From Octopus sinensis (lineage: Eukaryota), in contig NC_043000.1 in assembly GCF_006345805.1 (NCBI RefSeq), forward strand, positions 153,450,001-153,514,000: a DNA stretch of 64,000 bases, in the 5' to 3' direction. The notes below the pieces were generated by a model. The model did no database searches. It was not told where the DNA came from and worked only from the letters and a program-made list of their open reading frames with translations. Both the position numbers and the translations under genes were made by a program. Shown here piece by piece: positions 26,301 through 40,321 of the stretch. The stretch's first letter is position 1; every line of letters begins with the position of its first letter.

Positions 26301-27655
26301 ACATATGTAAATACGTGTATATGCATTCATACATACAGGCATACGTAAGTAGATAAATACGTACATATATACACGCATACATTACATGCATACTTTATTG
26401 GTTGACAAATTTAAAACATGAGACCAAAACATACATAAAATGACACTGCTGATGTGAAACAAACTATAAAAAATATCGCCCGTAAATGAAGACTTGAGCT
26501 CCATTGCGAGATTTTCGTGCTAGCGTATCTTTACAACAATATTCACTTTCTGCTATTATTTTGGTTCCCCTCCCTTCTGGGCACAAATATCGCTGAAGTT
26601 AACTTTGCTTGTTATCAATAAAAGTACCAATAAGAAATCTTTCCTTCGTTTCTCTTTTTTCTGGCTTTCCATCATGGAATCGACTGCATGCCTGTGGTAG
26701 AGAAGTCCTCTTCAGTGTATCTGTGCATCCAAACCTGCTTCTTTCAGGTTTGGTTTTTGACAGAATTGTAGGTAGCGGACACGAACAGGCTAACCAACGA
26801 TTCTGTACCTCCTTGCACTTGAGGGCAGTAGATCACTGAGTTTTTTGAGAGTTCAGAGAAATTTATAGTAGTTTGTGTTATTCATGCTCACATGACTTTA
26901 AATGCTAGTCTTTATTAGGGATAGTTTCGTCTAATAATTTCTTTCCATGTGTAAATCTGCTTTGTGATGTATTCAAGGAAACCAGTATAGATGAAGACCT
27001 AAGGGAACGAAACAACACACAGACATACTGACTCAGTTTGCTTCTTTCGATGCCATTTCATTTTATTTTCGCTGCTTTCGCCGTTGAAAAGCCAAAACTT
27101 TAAAAATTCAAATTTATCTTCCAACATGCGGAGGTGTTAAAAGAAATGCTCGTTCCAAGAAATAAGTAATAAATCAGTTGCGTTATGCAGAGTCGTATTG
27201 AATATTTGGTTTATTCTCCTTTCGCAGTATGCTTCGCATGCACTCACACACACACACACACAGCATCAAAATATTTCGTATTACATTTGATATTGTTTTT
27301 GATTTTGCTGTTTCTCACCAAGTTGGCTCAAAGCAAAATATCAAAGACATTCAAGCAGCCATGATTGCACTGAATTTTATTCAAGGCATAGTCTACCTCG
27401 AACAACACGATCCAGATATTACCTTTCTTACTAAGGTGGTAGGATGCATTTTCAGAGAAATCTCGTTGCTATTTTAAGGTCATCCATGAACGTAAAAGTT
27501 CCTCCTTGGTCCAATGTAAATGTAACACTAAAGACTATCCTACATCAAACACATGCAACTAAGCAAAAATGAGTATAATGCTTTTGTTGCATGGCATAAA
27601 CCCAATGCAAACAGCATTTAGAATTCACCAGCGAAGATTGAGTAACTTACTAAAC

Positions 27656-27956
27656 ATCTTTATGTATAAAAGTAAGGTTGTGTGTCTGTCTCCTACGATT
27701 TAGATTCCTAACTACTCCCACATTTTGCGGTGCAGTTTAACCAAAACCGGGTATCTTATAGTCGTGATTCATATCGAGCCCTTCTGGGTATTAGCGCGCG
27801 TCTACGATGAGTCTACGATTGAAAAAGAAATTACCATCATTTTTTTCCATTTTAATGCAATTTTTTGCTATTATATAAGGGAAGTAACTCTCTAAAAATG
27901 CTTATATAGTTTTTTCCCTTACAAACCCGAGCAACGCAGGGCGATACTGCTAGTAT
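27656..27956 (-). mobile_element. Non-autonomous Helitron/Helentron-like element, variant with a different 3' half
   Basis: Minus strand begins ATACTAGCAGTATCGCCCTGCGTTGCTCGGGTTTGTAAGGG and ends CCTTACTTTTATACATAAAGAT. Confidence 0.6.
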
Positions 27957-28219
27957 ACAATAAAGGAGTAAAAGTAATATCGTTCGAATAATGTAAAGGA
28001 TTTCGACCGGTAACCATCCAATGATTTTGTTCCTGTACGAGCCCCTAAAACTAATTATCCAATCTGGCCTTCCTTTTTAATCCTGTAGGACAGTGGTTAC
28101 CTACCTGGGTCCATATGACCCTTAGGGCGCATATGATCCCAGGGGCTCCATATAAGGTTTTGTTGTTAAAATTTAAGCGAAATAAATCAGTTACACACCT
28201 ACAAAACGCAATATATACG

Positions 28220-28423
28220 CTTTTACTCATTTACTTGTTTCAGTCATTTGAGTGTGGCCATGCTGGAGCAACGCCTTTAGTCGAGCAAATCGACCGCAGG
28301 ACTTATTCTTTGTAAGCCTAGTACTTATTGTATCGGTCTCTTTTGCCGCTAAGTTACAGGGACGAAAACACACCAGCATCGGTTATCAAGCGATGTTGCG
28401 GGGACAAACAGATACACAAACAT

Positions 28424-28456
<33 letters not shown>

Positions 28457-28588
28457 CATACGACGGGCTTCTTTCAGTTTCCGTCTACCAAATCCACTCA
28501 CAAGACTTTGGTCGGCCCGAGGCTATAGTAGAAGATACTTGCCCAAGGTGCCACGCAGTGGGACTGAACCCCGAACCACTCCTACGCC
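28220..28588 (-). mobile_element. SINE family A with an internal deletion in the head
   Basis: GAACCCCGAACCACTCCT junction has lost about 35 bp. Confidence 0.85.
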
Positions 28589-28851
28589 TATATATATATA
28601 TATAAATTATACATTTCCCAAAAACCTTAATTCTAAAACTATAATAGGATATTTCAAACATCCAATGGTTGCGAGTGTTCATCTGAGTGAAATAGGGACC
28701 ATAAGGGTCCATAAGTAAAAATGGCTGAGAACCTCTGTTGTATTTTATGACGGAGTAATTTAACTGCTAATTACTGCAGGTCAAGAGATTAACCTCGAAA
28801 ATGTCTTTCAGATAACACACACGCGTACATAACACATATATATATATAGTA

Positions 28852-28893
<42 letters not shown>

Positions 28894-28943
28894 TGTGTGT
28901 GTGTGGTGTGGTGTGTGTGTGTATAAATATATATAATATATAT

Positions 28944-29320
28944 GTGGCTGTGTAGTAAGTAGCTTTCTAACCAACTACATGGTTCCGGGTTCAGTCCCAC
29001 TGCATGGCATCTTGGGTCGACCAATGCCTTGTGAGTGGATTTGGTAGATGGAAACTGAAAGGAGCCTGTCGTATATATGTATATATATATATGTGTGTAT
29101 GTGTGTGTGTTTGTGTGCCTGTGTTTGTCCCCCTAGCATTGCTTGACAACCGATGCTGGTGTGTTTATGTCCCCGTTACTTAGCGGTTCGGCAAAAGACC
29201 CCGATAGAATAAGTACTGGGCTTACAAAAGAATAAGTCCCGGGGTCGAGTTTGCTCGATTAAAGGCGGTGCTCCAGCAAGGCCGCAGTCAAATGACTGAA
29301 ACAAGTAAAAGAGTAAAAGA
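28944..29320 (+). mobile_element. SINE family A with the CORE-box region partly deleted
   Basis: CTTGGG is joined directly to TCGACCAATG. Confidence 0.85.
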
Positions 29321-29661
29321 CACACGGGCATGCAATACACGCTCACATACATACATACACAGACACACATACATACTCTCTAACACACGCATGCACGTAT
29401 TTATGCGTACGTTGTGCGTGATATCTCAGTATGGATGGTTGAACTAATTATGTGAGAACGTCCGCGTGTGTATGAGTGTATGAATGCATGAATGTGCGTG
29501 CGTGCGTGCGTATTTATTCGATGGCATGAGCCTCTATGTCAGCGCTGTGCGTTTCACTACCTGTATGCAAGTGTAGGGATTACACTACGGTTTTTCTGCG
29601 TATGTATCAATAAATTCATGTAGGCACGCAGATATACAAACGTTCAGATATTCGCTCATAC

Positions 29662-29825
29662 GAGTGGCTGTGTGGTAAGTAGCTTGCTAACCAACCACAT
29701 GGTTCCGGATTCAGTCCCACTGCGTGGCATCTTGGGCAAGTGTCTTCTGCTATAGACCCGGGCCGACCAATGCCTTGTGAGTGGATTTGGTAGACGGAAA
29801 CTGAAAGAAGCCCGTCGTATATATG

Positions 29826-29862
<37 letters not shown>

Positions 29863-30089
29863 GTCTGTGTGTGTGTTTGTGTGTCTGTGTTTGTCCCACT
29901 AGCATTGCTTGACAACCGTTGCTGGTGTGTTTACGTCCCTGTTACTTAGCGGTTCGGCAAAAGAGCCCGATATAATAAGTACTGGGTATTACAAAAGAAT
30001 AAGTCCCGGGGTCGAGTTGCTCGATTAAAGGCGGTGCTCCAGCATGGCCACAGTCAAATGACTGAAACAAGTAAAAGTGAGTAAAAGAA
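29662..30089 (+). mobile_element. SINE family A
   Basis: Near full-length copy. Confidence 0.9.
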
Positions 30090-30098
30090 TATGTTGTA

Positions 30099-30192
<94 letters not shown>

Positions 30193-30728
30193 TATGTGTG
30201 TGTATGCAGTAAGTGAGTGAGGTGAAATGTAGCTGCTGTTTTACTATATAACAAAGCTAAAATGTCTGGGAAATGTGTCTAGAAATTTGATCTCTGAGGT
30301 TTGCAAAAGTGACATATGTAGTCTAGCCTCATTTACTCACACACGCATACACATACGCACACACACACGCAAGCGCGCGCACACACACACATATGCTCGT
30401 ACGCGCATACACACACACACACACACACACACTCTCGAAACTATAAGATATACATATACATAAATATTAATATATTTAGGGTACAATCTTATTACGATTC
30501 ATGCACGCCAATATATATATATATTACAGAAAAGAATAGATAAACGCGTGTGTCTTTTGTACATCATGGTAGTACTTGCCTATATATATGATACAATATA
30601 GCATAATCTAATATGAAATAATATAATATAATATAATGTGTATATGTATTCATATATATTATATATACATAATATATATATATATATAATATATATATAT
30701 ATATATACAAATATAATTATACAATATA

Positions 30729-30798
<70 letters not shown>

Positions 30799-30811
30799 TA
30801 TATAATCTAAT

Positions 30812-31214
30812 ACTCTTTTACTCTTTTACTTGTTTCAGTCATCTGACTGCGGCCATGCTGGAGTACTGCCTTTAATCGAGCAGCTCGACCTCGGCACTTA
30901 TTCTTTGTAAGCCCAGTACTTATTCTATCGGTCTCTTTTGCCGAACCGCTAGTTTGACGGGGACATAAACACACCAGCATCGGTTGTCAAGCAATGCTAG
31001 GGGGACAAACACGGACACACAAACACACACACATATATATATACATATATACGACGGGCTTCTTTCAGTTTCCATCTACCAAATCCACTCACAAGGCATT
31101 GGTCGGCCCGAGGCTATAGCAGAAGACACTTGCCCAAGATGCCATGCAGTGGGACTGAACCCAGAACCATGTGGTTGGTTAGCAAGCTACTTACCACACA
31201 GCCACTCCTGCGCC
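30812..31214 (-). mobile_element. SINE family A
   Basis: Full-length copy. Confidence 0.9.
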
Positions 31215-31232
31215 TATATATATACCTTTTAT

Positions 31233-31477
31233 GTTTTGTTTCAGTCATGTTTGACTGCAGCCATGCTAGGGCACGTCCTTGACGGGGTTTTGTCGAACAA
31301 ATCGACCCAAGGACTTATTCTTTCAGAGACTGGTGTATGTTCTATTGGTTTTCTTTTGACGAACCACTAAGTTATGGGGACGTAAACACACCAATACCGG
31401 TCGTCAAGCGGTGGTGGAAGTCAAACACACGCACACATAGATATTACATATAAACACACACACACATAGACACACAC

Positions 31478-31517
<40 letters not shown>

Positions 31518-31692
31518 TTATATGATATATATATATATATATTTTATATACACGATGGGAATTTTTCAGTTTCCTCAACTCACAAGGCTTTGGTTGTACG
31601 AGCTATAGCAGGAAGGCCTTTGCTCAAGCTGATGCAGCGGGATTGAACCCCGAACCATATGGTTGGCAAGCTACCTTCTTACCCCATAGTCC
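31233..31692 (-). mobile_element. Older, diverged SINE family A copy
   Basis: Same module order with many substitutions. Confidence 0.7.
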
Positions 31693-31782
31693 TATATAAA
31701 TATATATAATACATATATATATGTGTATATTGTGTGTATCAATATTATATATATATATATATATATATATTGGTGGGTGTGT

Positions 31783-32110
31783 GTGAAGGCGCATGGCTCA
31801 GTGGTTAGAGAGCGTCGAGCTTGATCGTGAAGGTGTGAGCTCGAATCCGGGACGGGGCTGCGTGTTGTGTTGTTGAGCAAGACACTTTATTTCACGTTGC
31901 TCCAGTTCACTCAGCTGTAGAAATTAGTTGCGACGTCACAAGCTGCTAAGCTGCCCTTCCCTTGGATAACACTGGTGGCATGGAGAGGGGAGGCCGGTTT
32001 GTATGGGCGACTGCTGGTCTTCCATAAACAACCTTACCCAGACTTGTGCCTGGGAGGGTAAATTTCTAGGTGCAAGCCCATGGTCAGTGTCATGACCGAA
32101 GGGGGGTCAC
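31783..32110 (+). mobile_element. tRNA-derived SINE, body 2 + tail Z
   Basis: TGGCTCAGTGGTTAG / GCTCGAATCC boxes; TTGAGCAAGACACTTTATTTCACGTTGCTCCAG body; unique tail ending ATGACCGAAGGGGGGTC. Confidence 0.75.
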
Positions 32111-32146
32111 AATATGTGCCTGTGTGTGTGTGTATGTATGTATATA

Positions 32147-32965
32147 TACGTAGTTTGATCAATAAGTATCCGGACTGTTGCCATAGTATGAAGCTAAAGC
32201 ATGCAGAGTAAAGCTGCTTGGCCAGATAATCCTTGGACTCTAAGCTTTAACTTTCTAGCTCACTTCCGCTGTTTACAGCAGTACTTGGAAGGAAGGTGTG
32301 TAGCGTGTTGATTGTTGCATTGACCATGACGGAGAAAGTTGAGCAGAGAATTCACATCAAATTTCGCCAAAAGCTTGGCAATACCTGCTCAGAGGCCTAT
32401 GCAAAGTTTTCAAAAAGTTGTCATCGTTCTCGACACAACTGAAACCCGAGTGTCTTTTTGGTCAGCTAAAAGTAGTTCTGGTGCAAACTTGACAGACACG
32501 CATCTCATGCCTAAATCTTCAGTGATAATGGACTGAACTGAATTATAACTAATCTGCACATCCTCTGATAAATCACGAAAAGTGGTTCAACGATTTCCCC
32601 TCATATCTGTACGCACATCTCCCAGAACGTTCGTCATTTTCGACATTGTTTGGCCATCTTGGAAACGTCTGAACCACTCGTATACTTGTGTGCGGCTCAT
32701 ACACTCCTCTCCATACACTTTCTGCAACTTTGCGTAGAACTTTGAACACGTATCACAACTTCATCTGTCACGGTCAATGCCATGATCACACGCTACACAC
32801 GTTCCTTCCAAGGATTGCTGTAAACAGCGAACTAAGCTAGAATGTTAAAACCCAGTGTGCATGCACAGCAGAGTCCAAGGATAATCTGTGCCAAACGGTT
32901 TCACTCTGCACGCTTTAACTTCGTTATTATGGCAACAGTCCTGATTCTTATTGATCAGAATTCGA
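32147..32965. mobile_element. Mariner derivative made of two inverted 5' ends
   Basis: Left end TACGTAGTTTGATCAATAAGTATCCGGACTG, then MTEKVEQRIHIKFRQKLG on plus. Right end rc TCGAATTCTGATCAATAAGAATCAGGACTG, then YAKLQKVYGEECMSRTQVYEWFRRFQDG on minus. Confidence 0.8.
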
Positions 32966-33094
32966 GGAAGTTATAGAATGTTACTCAGGTGCTCAAGAGT
33001 CCACTGCAGCTTATAGCAGTAAACCTGCTGTAAATTAATGAAGCCCATAATATAACCATTGTTTTCCCTGCGTCATTTCTTTTTCTTTTATATA

Positions 33095-33149
<55 letters not shown>

Positions 33150-33242
33150 ATATGTATTTGTCTATCGGTGGAAAAAGAGAGGGAGATGGCGATTTAAAGA
33201 AACGGGTCAGAACGACGCATTCAATTTCATGTAACAGGCGCT

Positions 33243-33406
33243 GGAGTGGCTGTGTGGTAAGTAGCTTGCTAACCAACCACATGGCTCCAGGTTCAGGCCC
33301 ACTGCGTGACATCTTGGGCAAGTGTCTTCTGCTATAGCCCCGGGCCGACCAATGCCTTGTGAGTGGATTTGGTAGATGGAAACTGAAAGAAGCCTGTCGT
33401 ATATTG

Positions 33407-33463
<57 letters not shown>

Positions 33464-33675
33464 TTGTGTGTCTGTATTTGTCCCCCTAGCATTGCTTGAC
33501 AACCGATGCTGGTGTGTTTACGTCCCCCGTCACTTAGCGGTTCGGCAAAAAGAAACCGATAGAATAAGTACTGGGCTTACAAAGAATAAGTCCCGGGGTC
33601 GATTTGCTCGACTAAAGGCGTGCTCCAGCATGGCCGCAGTCAAATGACTGAAACAAGTAAAAGAGTAAAAGAGTA
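33243..33675 (+). mobile_element. SINE family A
   Basis: Near full-length copy. Confidence 0.9.
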
Positions 33676-33944
33676 ACATACGAATTTAAAAGCAAATGCC
33701 CCTCCATCTACCGCACCACACACACGCACACATACACGCGCACGCACGCACCCAACCTTTACATTAAAGTGTTGCTGACGCGATGTGAAATACCATCCTT
33801 TGTGATAGGAGTCTGTCCAAAACGTTTGCTGAGATGATTGTTGGATCACAAAGTTATATAGGACTGACAGTGGTGGTAGCAGTGGTAACAGTCCACCACT
33901 ACCACACTGACTGTATCATCCCGCCGTCAATATCACAACCATCA

Positions 33945-34147
33945 CTACCACCACCACCACCACCACCACCACCCCACCACCACCATCATCATCATCATCA
34001 TCACCACCATCAACACCATCACCTTCCGGAACAATATGACGACGGTCGGTAAACCTCCCACATTCATCACCACCACCACCACTACCACCACTACCACTAC
34101 CATTAACTCCCACTTCTCCCAAAATCTAAACAATAAAAAAACAATAA

Positions 34148-34186
<39 letters not shown>

Positions 34187-34572
34187 GATCACCACTACAA
34201 CTGCTGCTGCTACTACTACTACTGCTACTACTACTACTACTACTACTACGATCACCACTACAACTGCTGCTGCTTACACTACTACTACTACTACTACTAC
34301 TACAACTACTCCTGATGCTAGTACTACTACTACTAATACTACTACTATTGATACTACTACTACTACAATCACCACTACAACTGCTGCTGTTACTACTACT
34401 ACTACTACAATCACAACTACAACTGCTACTACTACTACTACTACAACTACTACTACTACTACTACTACAATCACCACTACAACTGCTGCTGCTACTCCAA
34501 CTACTACTCCAACTACTACTACGCCTGCTGCTAGTACAACTACTAATACTACTACCATTACTACTACTACTG

Positions 34573-34621
<49 letters not shown>

Positions 34622-34677
34622 AACTACTTCTACTACTACTACTACTACAACTACTTCTACTACTACTACTACTACTA

Positions 34678-34712
<35 letters not shown>
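33945..34712. repeat. (CCA)/(CAT) then (CTA)/(CTG) triplet arrays
   Basis: Direct sequence; recurring interruption (A/G)ATCACCACTACAACTGCTGCTG. Confidence 0.95.
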
Positions 34713-35009
34713 CAAGGAATGGAAATACTGCAGAGGACTACATTTGAGAACATGCGTCAGTGCATACGTGACATTGGTGTGGACGGTAGTAAGAAGCTAG
34801 TTAAGACAAATGGAGTGGGGAGAGGGGAGAGGGGGAAGAGGGGGGGAAGAGGGTGGTGGTGGCTGTGGAGATGAACAGACTTTGTTTGAACAGGAGTTCA
34901 TATATTATAACATGTTTACTCTTCAATAGATAGGTTATTGCGGTCATTCCGTACAGTTGCACCGACCATAAAAAGTAAACGACTCCCTCCATTCTTTACG
35001 AACCCCATC

Positions 35010-35272
35010 ACACACACACACACACACAACACTTACACACAAACCCATACATACATACATACATACATACATACATACATACATACATACATACATACAT
35101 ACACACATACATACAAACATACATACATACATACATACATACACACATACATGCATACATACATGCACACGCGAACACGCCTTTGCATATGTACATACAT
35201 ACATACAAACATACATACACACGTACATACATACATACATACATACACACTTGCATATATACATGCATACAA

Positions 35273-35303
<31 letters not shown>

Positions 35304-35586
35304 TACAAAGATCCATACAAGCATACATACAAACATACATACAAACATACAAACATACATACATACATACATACACACATACATACACTCGTACATACAT
35401 ACATATATACATGCATACAAACATATATATATATATACATACAAAGATCCATACAAACATACATACAAACACACATACAAACATAGATACAAACATACAT
35501 ACATACATACATACATACATACATACATACATACATACATGCACACATACATACATACGTACATGCACACGCGAACACGCCTTTGC
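35010..35586. repeat. (TACA)n array with higher-order duplications
   Basis: ACATGCACACGCGAACACGCCTTTGC at 35161 and 35561; ACAAAGATCCATACAA twice. Confidence 0.9.
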
Positions 35587-35704
35587 TCTGATACCTCTTC
35601 CCCGAGTCGGTGGGGATGCTGGTCTCTTTTGCTCTTTCAAGATAGTCTTCACGAATGATGCTCCAAGCTAAACCTGTGTATAGTTATTGAGTACACGCAC
35701 ACAA

Positions 35705-36030
35705 GTGAGGGCGCGTGGCTTAGTGGTTAGGGCATTCGGCTCATGATCGTAAGGTTGTGAGTTCGATTCCCGGCGACGCGTTGTGTCCTTGAGCAAGACA
35801 CTTTATTTCACGTTGCTCCAGACCACTCAGCTGGCAAAAATGAGTTGTACTTGTATTTCAAAGGGTCAGCCTTGTCACTCTCTGTGTCACGCTGATTATC
35901 CCCGAGAACTACGTTAAGGGTACACGTGTCTGTGGAATGCTCAGCCATTTGCACGTTAATTTCACGAGCAAGCTGTTCCGTTGATCGTATCAGCTGGGAC
36001 CCTCATCGTCGTAACCGGCGGAGTCTTTTT
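35705..36030 (+). mobile_element. tRNA-derived SINE, body 2 + tail Y
   Basis: GTCCTTGAGCAAGACACTTTATTTCACGTTGCTCCAG body joined to the same tail as 11317-11686. Confidence 0.9.
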
Positions 36031-36149
36031 AACATGCACACATATGTATAAAGCATCAATTGTGAAAGTGTGTATTATGTGCGTGAGAGAGACAAGAAAT
36101 AGTGTTTTACATATGTTTATATATATACTTTCTACTGGAGGCAGGTACA

Positions 36150-36342
36150 GGTACAAGGCCTCGAAATTGTGGGCGGGGGACTAGTCGATTACATCGACCT
36201 CAGTGTTTCACTGGTACTTAATTTATCCGCCCTGAAAGGATGAAAGGCAAAGACGGTCCCGGCGGAATTTGAATTGAGAACTTAGCGACAGGCGAAATAG
36301 CTCCATGCATTTCGTCCAGCGTGCTAACGATTCTGCCAGCTT
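36150..36342 (-). mobile_element. SINE family B, old type
   Basis: AAAGGATGAAAGGCAAAG...GGCGGAATTTGAA...GCTAACGATTCTGCCAGCT. Confidence 0.75.
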
Positions 36343-36372
36343 GCGTTGTGTATATGTATGTGTATATACATA

Positions 36373-36675
36373 TTAGTCGAAGAAATCGACTCCAGGACTT
36401 ATTCTTTGTAAGCCTAGTACTTATTCGACCGGTCTCTTTTGCTGAACCGCTAGGTTTCGGGGACATAAACACACCAACATCGGTTGCCAAGCGATGGTTG
36501 CGTGACTAACACAGGCACAATGACGTACACACATAAACACATATACATGCATATATATATATACATATTATATATATACATGACGGGTTTCTTTCAGTTT
36601 CCGTCTATCATATCCACTCACAAAACTTTGGTCGGCCCGAAGCTATAGTAGAAACACTTGCCCAAGGTGTCACAC
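36373..36675 (-). mobile_element. SINE family A, truncated at both ends
   Basis: Central modules match the consensus. Confidence 0.8.
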
Positions 36676-37359
36676 ATGCATTTATATATGCTTTTAGTAA
36701 TATATTTATCTAGATATACCGACAGTTTCACAATTTATGCATTTAATGCATTAGAACTGTCGAAGTAGAAATGTAGGAAGCTTGCAGAAACCTTTTTTTT
36801 TTCTGAGGTAGAGAAATAAACTTTTCCCATTTATCATCTCTTTTCCTTTATAATATAGGTCGTATGTATGTTACCGAATTAAAACTGTTTTTCATCCGCA
36901 TGCATCACTGAGTAAAATGAGTGTATAAATAATTCTATTTTTATACACTATCCAATGTGCAATATTGTACATCTGCTCAAAGGTTCATTCACCGCTACAT
37001 TCTCAGTTACAATGACGCTACGCTTCCCTGATGAAGTCATGAATCAAAGGAAAACAAGTCCTAGTTAGTCTCCCTATTTGTGTTATAATTGGAATAATAT
37101 TAGTCATTGTCTAATGCGTTTAATATTGGGTTTTTTTCCTGAATTCAAATCTATTTTTAGTTATTTTTTTTAAATATATTCTCTGTAGAGTTAATGAGTA
37201 CTAAATCACTGTTTGTTTATAACACTTGTCTGTTTGAAGTTATTTGTTACAGCTGAAAATGTAATATCTAAATATGAACTAAGACAAAATAATTGTATTA
37301 TATTACTTTGAGATTATCTAAAACAGCGGCTGGTTGAGCTTCTACACAAAACCCTTTTC

Positions 37360-37750
37360 TACTCTGGGCACAAGTCCCGAAATTTTGGGAGAGGGGACCA
37401 ATCAATTAGATCGATCCCAGTATGTAACTGGTACTTAATTTATCTACCCCGAAAACATGAAAAGCAAAGCGGACATTCGCGGAATTTGAACTCAAAACGT
37501 AAAGACAGATGAAATACCTATTTCTTGACTACCCACAAGGGGCTAAACACAGAGGGGACAAACAAGGACAGACATAGGTATTAAGTCGATTATATCTACC
37601 CCAGTGCGTATCTGGTACTTATTTAATCGACCCCGAAAGGATGAAAGGCAAAGTCGACCTCGGCGGAATTTGAACTCAGAACGTAACGGCAGACGAAAAA
37701 CCGCTAAGCATTTCGCCCGGAGAGCCAACGTTTCTACCAGCTCACCGCCT
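37360..37750 (-). mobile_element. Compound SINE family B: young copy (37519-37750) followed by an old-copy remainder (37360-37519)
   Basis: The young tail AAGAAATA runs into GGTATTTCATCTG of a second core. Confidence 0.8.
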
Positions 37751-38021
37751 TGCACAAAATCCAAATATTGTACATGTTTAAATACAGAAACTGTTGAACA
37801 TTTGTAAAGGAACTCTGATGTAACTTCTGAACTTTGGAAAGAGACTTGTTCGGTTTTTCCCTTTTAGTAAACTTTATATTGAAAAACTGTTGTCTATACG
37901 GCGCAGAAAGCATCTTACTTATACCTAAATTATACTTCAATTTTATTTATAAAGCTCATGAGTATTTTTCGATAAAGGAGTCCAGATAGATGAGCTAAGT
38001 GTAAACTAAACCGAGTCACCG

Positions 38022-38259
38022 CTCTCTTTTACTTGTTTCAGTCATTTGATTGTGGCTATGCTGGAGCACCGCCTTTAGTAGAGCAAATCGACCCCGGGAC
38101 TTATTCTTTGTAAGCCCAGTACTTATTCTATCGGTCTCTTTTGCCGAACCGCTAAGTGACGGGGGACATAAACACACTAGCATCGGTTGTCAAGCAATGC
38201 CAGGGAGACAAACACAGACACACAAACCTATACACACACACACACACACACTATATATA

Positions 38260-38302
<43 letters not shown>

Positions 38303-38461
38303 TACGACAGGCTTCTTTCAGTTTCCGTCTACCAAATCCACTCACAAGGCATTGGTCGGCCCGGGGCTATAGTAGAAGACACTTGCCCAAGATGCCACGC
38401 AGTGGGACTGAACCCGGAACCATGTGGTTGGTTAGCAAGCTACTTACCACACAGCCACTCC
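38022..38461 (-). mobile_element. SINE family A
   Basis: Near full-length copy. Confidence 0.9.
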
Positions 38462-38867
38462 CGCTACAAATGATTTCTTTAGAAACTTGCGCCATTAATT
38501 CTCACGCGATTGCGTCAGCAATATTTTTCAATAGTAAACTCATTTTGATAAAGTGTTTTGTTCATTTCTTATGTTTGCTTTGCAATCAATTGTTTCTGGT
38601 CAGCTTCTATATATGGTCAATTACATACACACATCTACTTGCGAAAGATGAAGAAAATGTCACTACGATGACTATAGAAAGGGTGATGTTAGAGTCAATC
38701 GTTATTTACTTATCAGATATTTTGGTCATTGTCTTTCAAGTTGAAGTAATGAAGTCATCCCAAATGGTAATATTTTGAAATCGCCTGATACGTACATTTC
38801 AGATTTATGCGATAAATATCTCCTAATATGATAATGACCGTCGTGTTTATATATATATTGAGCATAG

Positions 38868-38910
<43 letters not shown>

Positions 38911-39479
38911 ATATATATATAATGTCCAAAGTCACAGAGTAGGTGTAGGACGGAGTAGGAGAAAGAGGAGTAAAAGGGAAGAGAAAGGCTTGAAAATACT
39001 AATTCAGTGAAGGAGAAGTAGTGAGAGTAATAGCCCTGACTGAGAGAGAGAGAGAAAGAAAGAGAAAGTAATAGCAATGAGAGAAAGGAAGTCGCAAAGA
39101 GCACGCCGTGTACCTTCTATTTTTGTCCGTCACAACATATGAATGAGAAGGAACGGGTGATAGATGAATATCGAAAGGAGAGGTGAAAAAAAATCAGCGT
39201 TTCAAGTCTGTGTGAGCATATGTGTGTGTATGTAAAAGGGAGGTATGTGAATATTTGTGTGTGTGTGTGCGTTTGTTTGTTTGTGTATGTGTGAGTGTGT
39301 GTGTGAGAGAGAGAGAGTGTGTGTGTGTACGTTTGAGTGTGTGTGCAATGGAAATGGGATAGCGAACGTTCGACGCTGAAAAGAAAAATCAAACAGCATT
39401 TCAACTCTGTTTGAGTTTATGTGTGTATGTAAATGTTCGTATCTGTGATTATTATGTACCTAATCTTATATCTTATTTA

Positions 39480-39535
39480 TATATAAAATACTACAATTAG
39501 CCGTCATTTTCGACGGCACAGGGTCAGCTAGTATA
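39480..39535 (-). mobile_element. Possible Helitron-like terminus
   Basis: Minus strand TACTAGCTGACCCTGT followed by the hairpin GCCGTC GAAAAT GACGGC, next to (TA)n. Confidence 0.35.
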
Positions 39536-40249
39536 TATATAAATTTTACGACTCGATGTCAGTACAAACTAGCCGGTTTAGATTCCACAATTTGGAGTAC
39601 TTTATCATATAGGACTAGAGACGAAAATCCTGGTACCCTGCAATGCTTCTTAGCGTAACTGGCGCAGAATCGCCGTTTGTTTATCTTCATAAATGTACAC
39701 ACACTTGGCATGAAGCCGTGGACTTGTCTGAAATGAGATACTTTCATAGACTTGTGTTAAAAACACAATATATAGCTGAGTAAGAGGAACATCGCCCTGC
39801 CAGATTCATTGTTTCCTATAGCAAAAATTTCATTCAAGCAGGTAACAATCAAAAGAGAAGCATTGTCAAGCATCAACGTGGACAAAACGCTTTTATCGTA
39901 CTCGCGCGTGGCCCCATTGTATATTGTGTTTCTAACGCAGCAAGTCTATGATGAGATTTTATCGCAAACAATTTCACAGCTTCATGCCTTTTACAATTGT
40001 GTATACATTTAGTATGATACACAGATAGTGATATATATTTATTACATAAATATGTCTGTGTGTGTGTGTGTGTGCATGCACGTGCGCGCGTGTATATGTG
40101 TATATATATATATATATATGTGTGTGTATACTTATATATACATATATGTGTATGCGTGTGTATGTGTATGCATGCACACACTTACAGACAGACAGATTGA
40201 TAGATAGATATATAGACAGATAAATAGATAGATAGATAGCTAAGTAGGT

Positions 40250-40321
<72 letters not shown>

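Noticed and set aside
37025-37075. Hammerhead at CCTGATGAAGTCATG
   Set aside because: No stem II or stem I pairing could be built.
38050-38778. 242-aa ORF and the recurrent peptides RQASFSFRLPNPLTRHWSARGYSRR / DGLLSVSVYQIHSQG
   Set aside because: Read-through of SINE family A; the same peptides occur in every copy.
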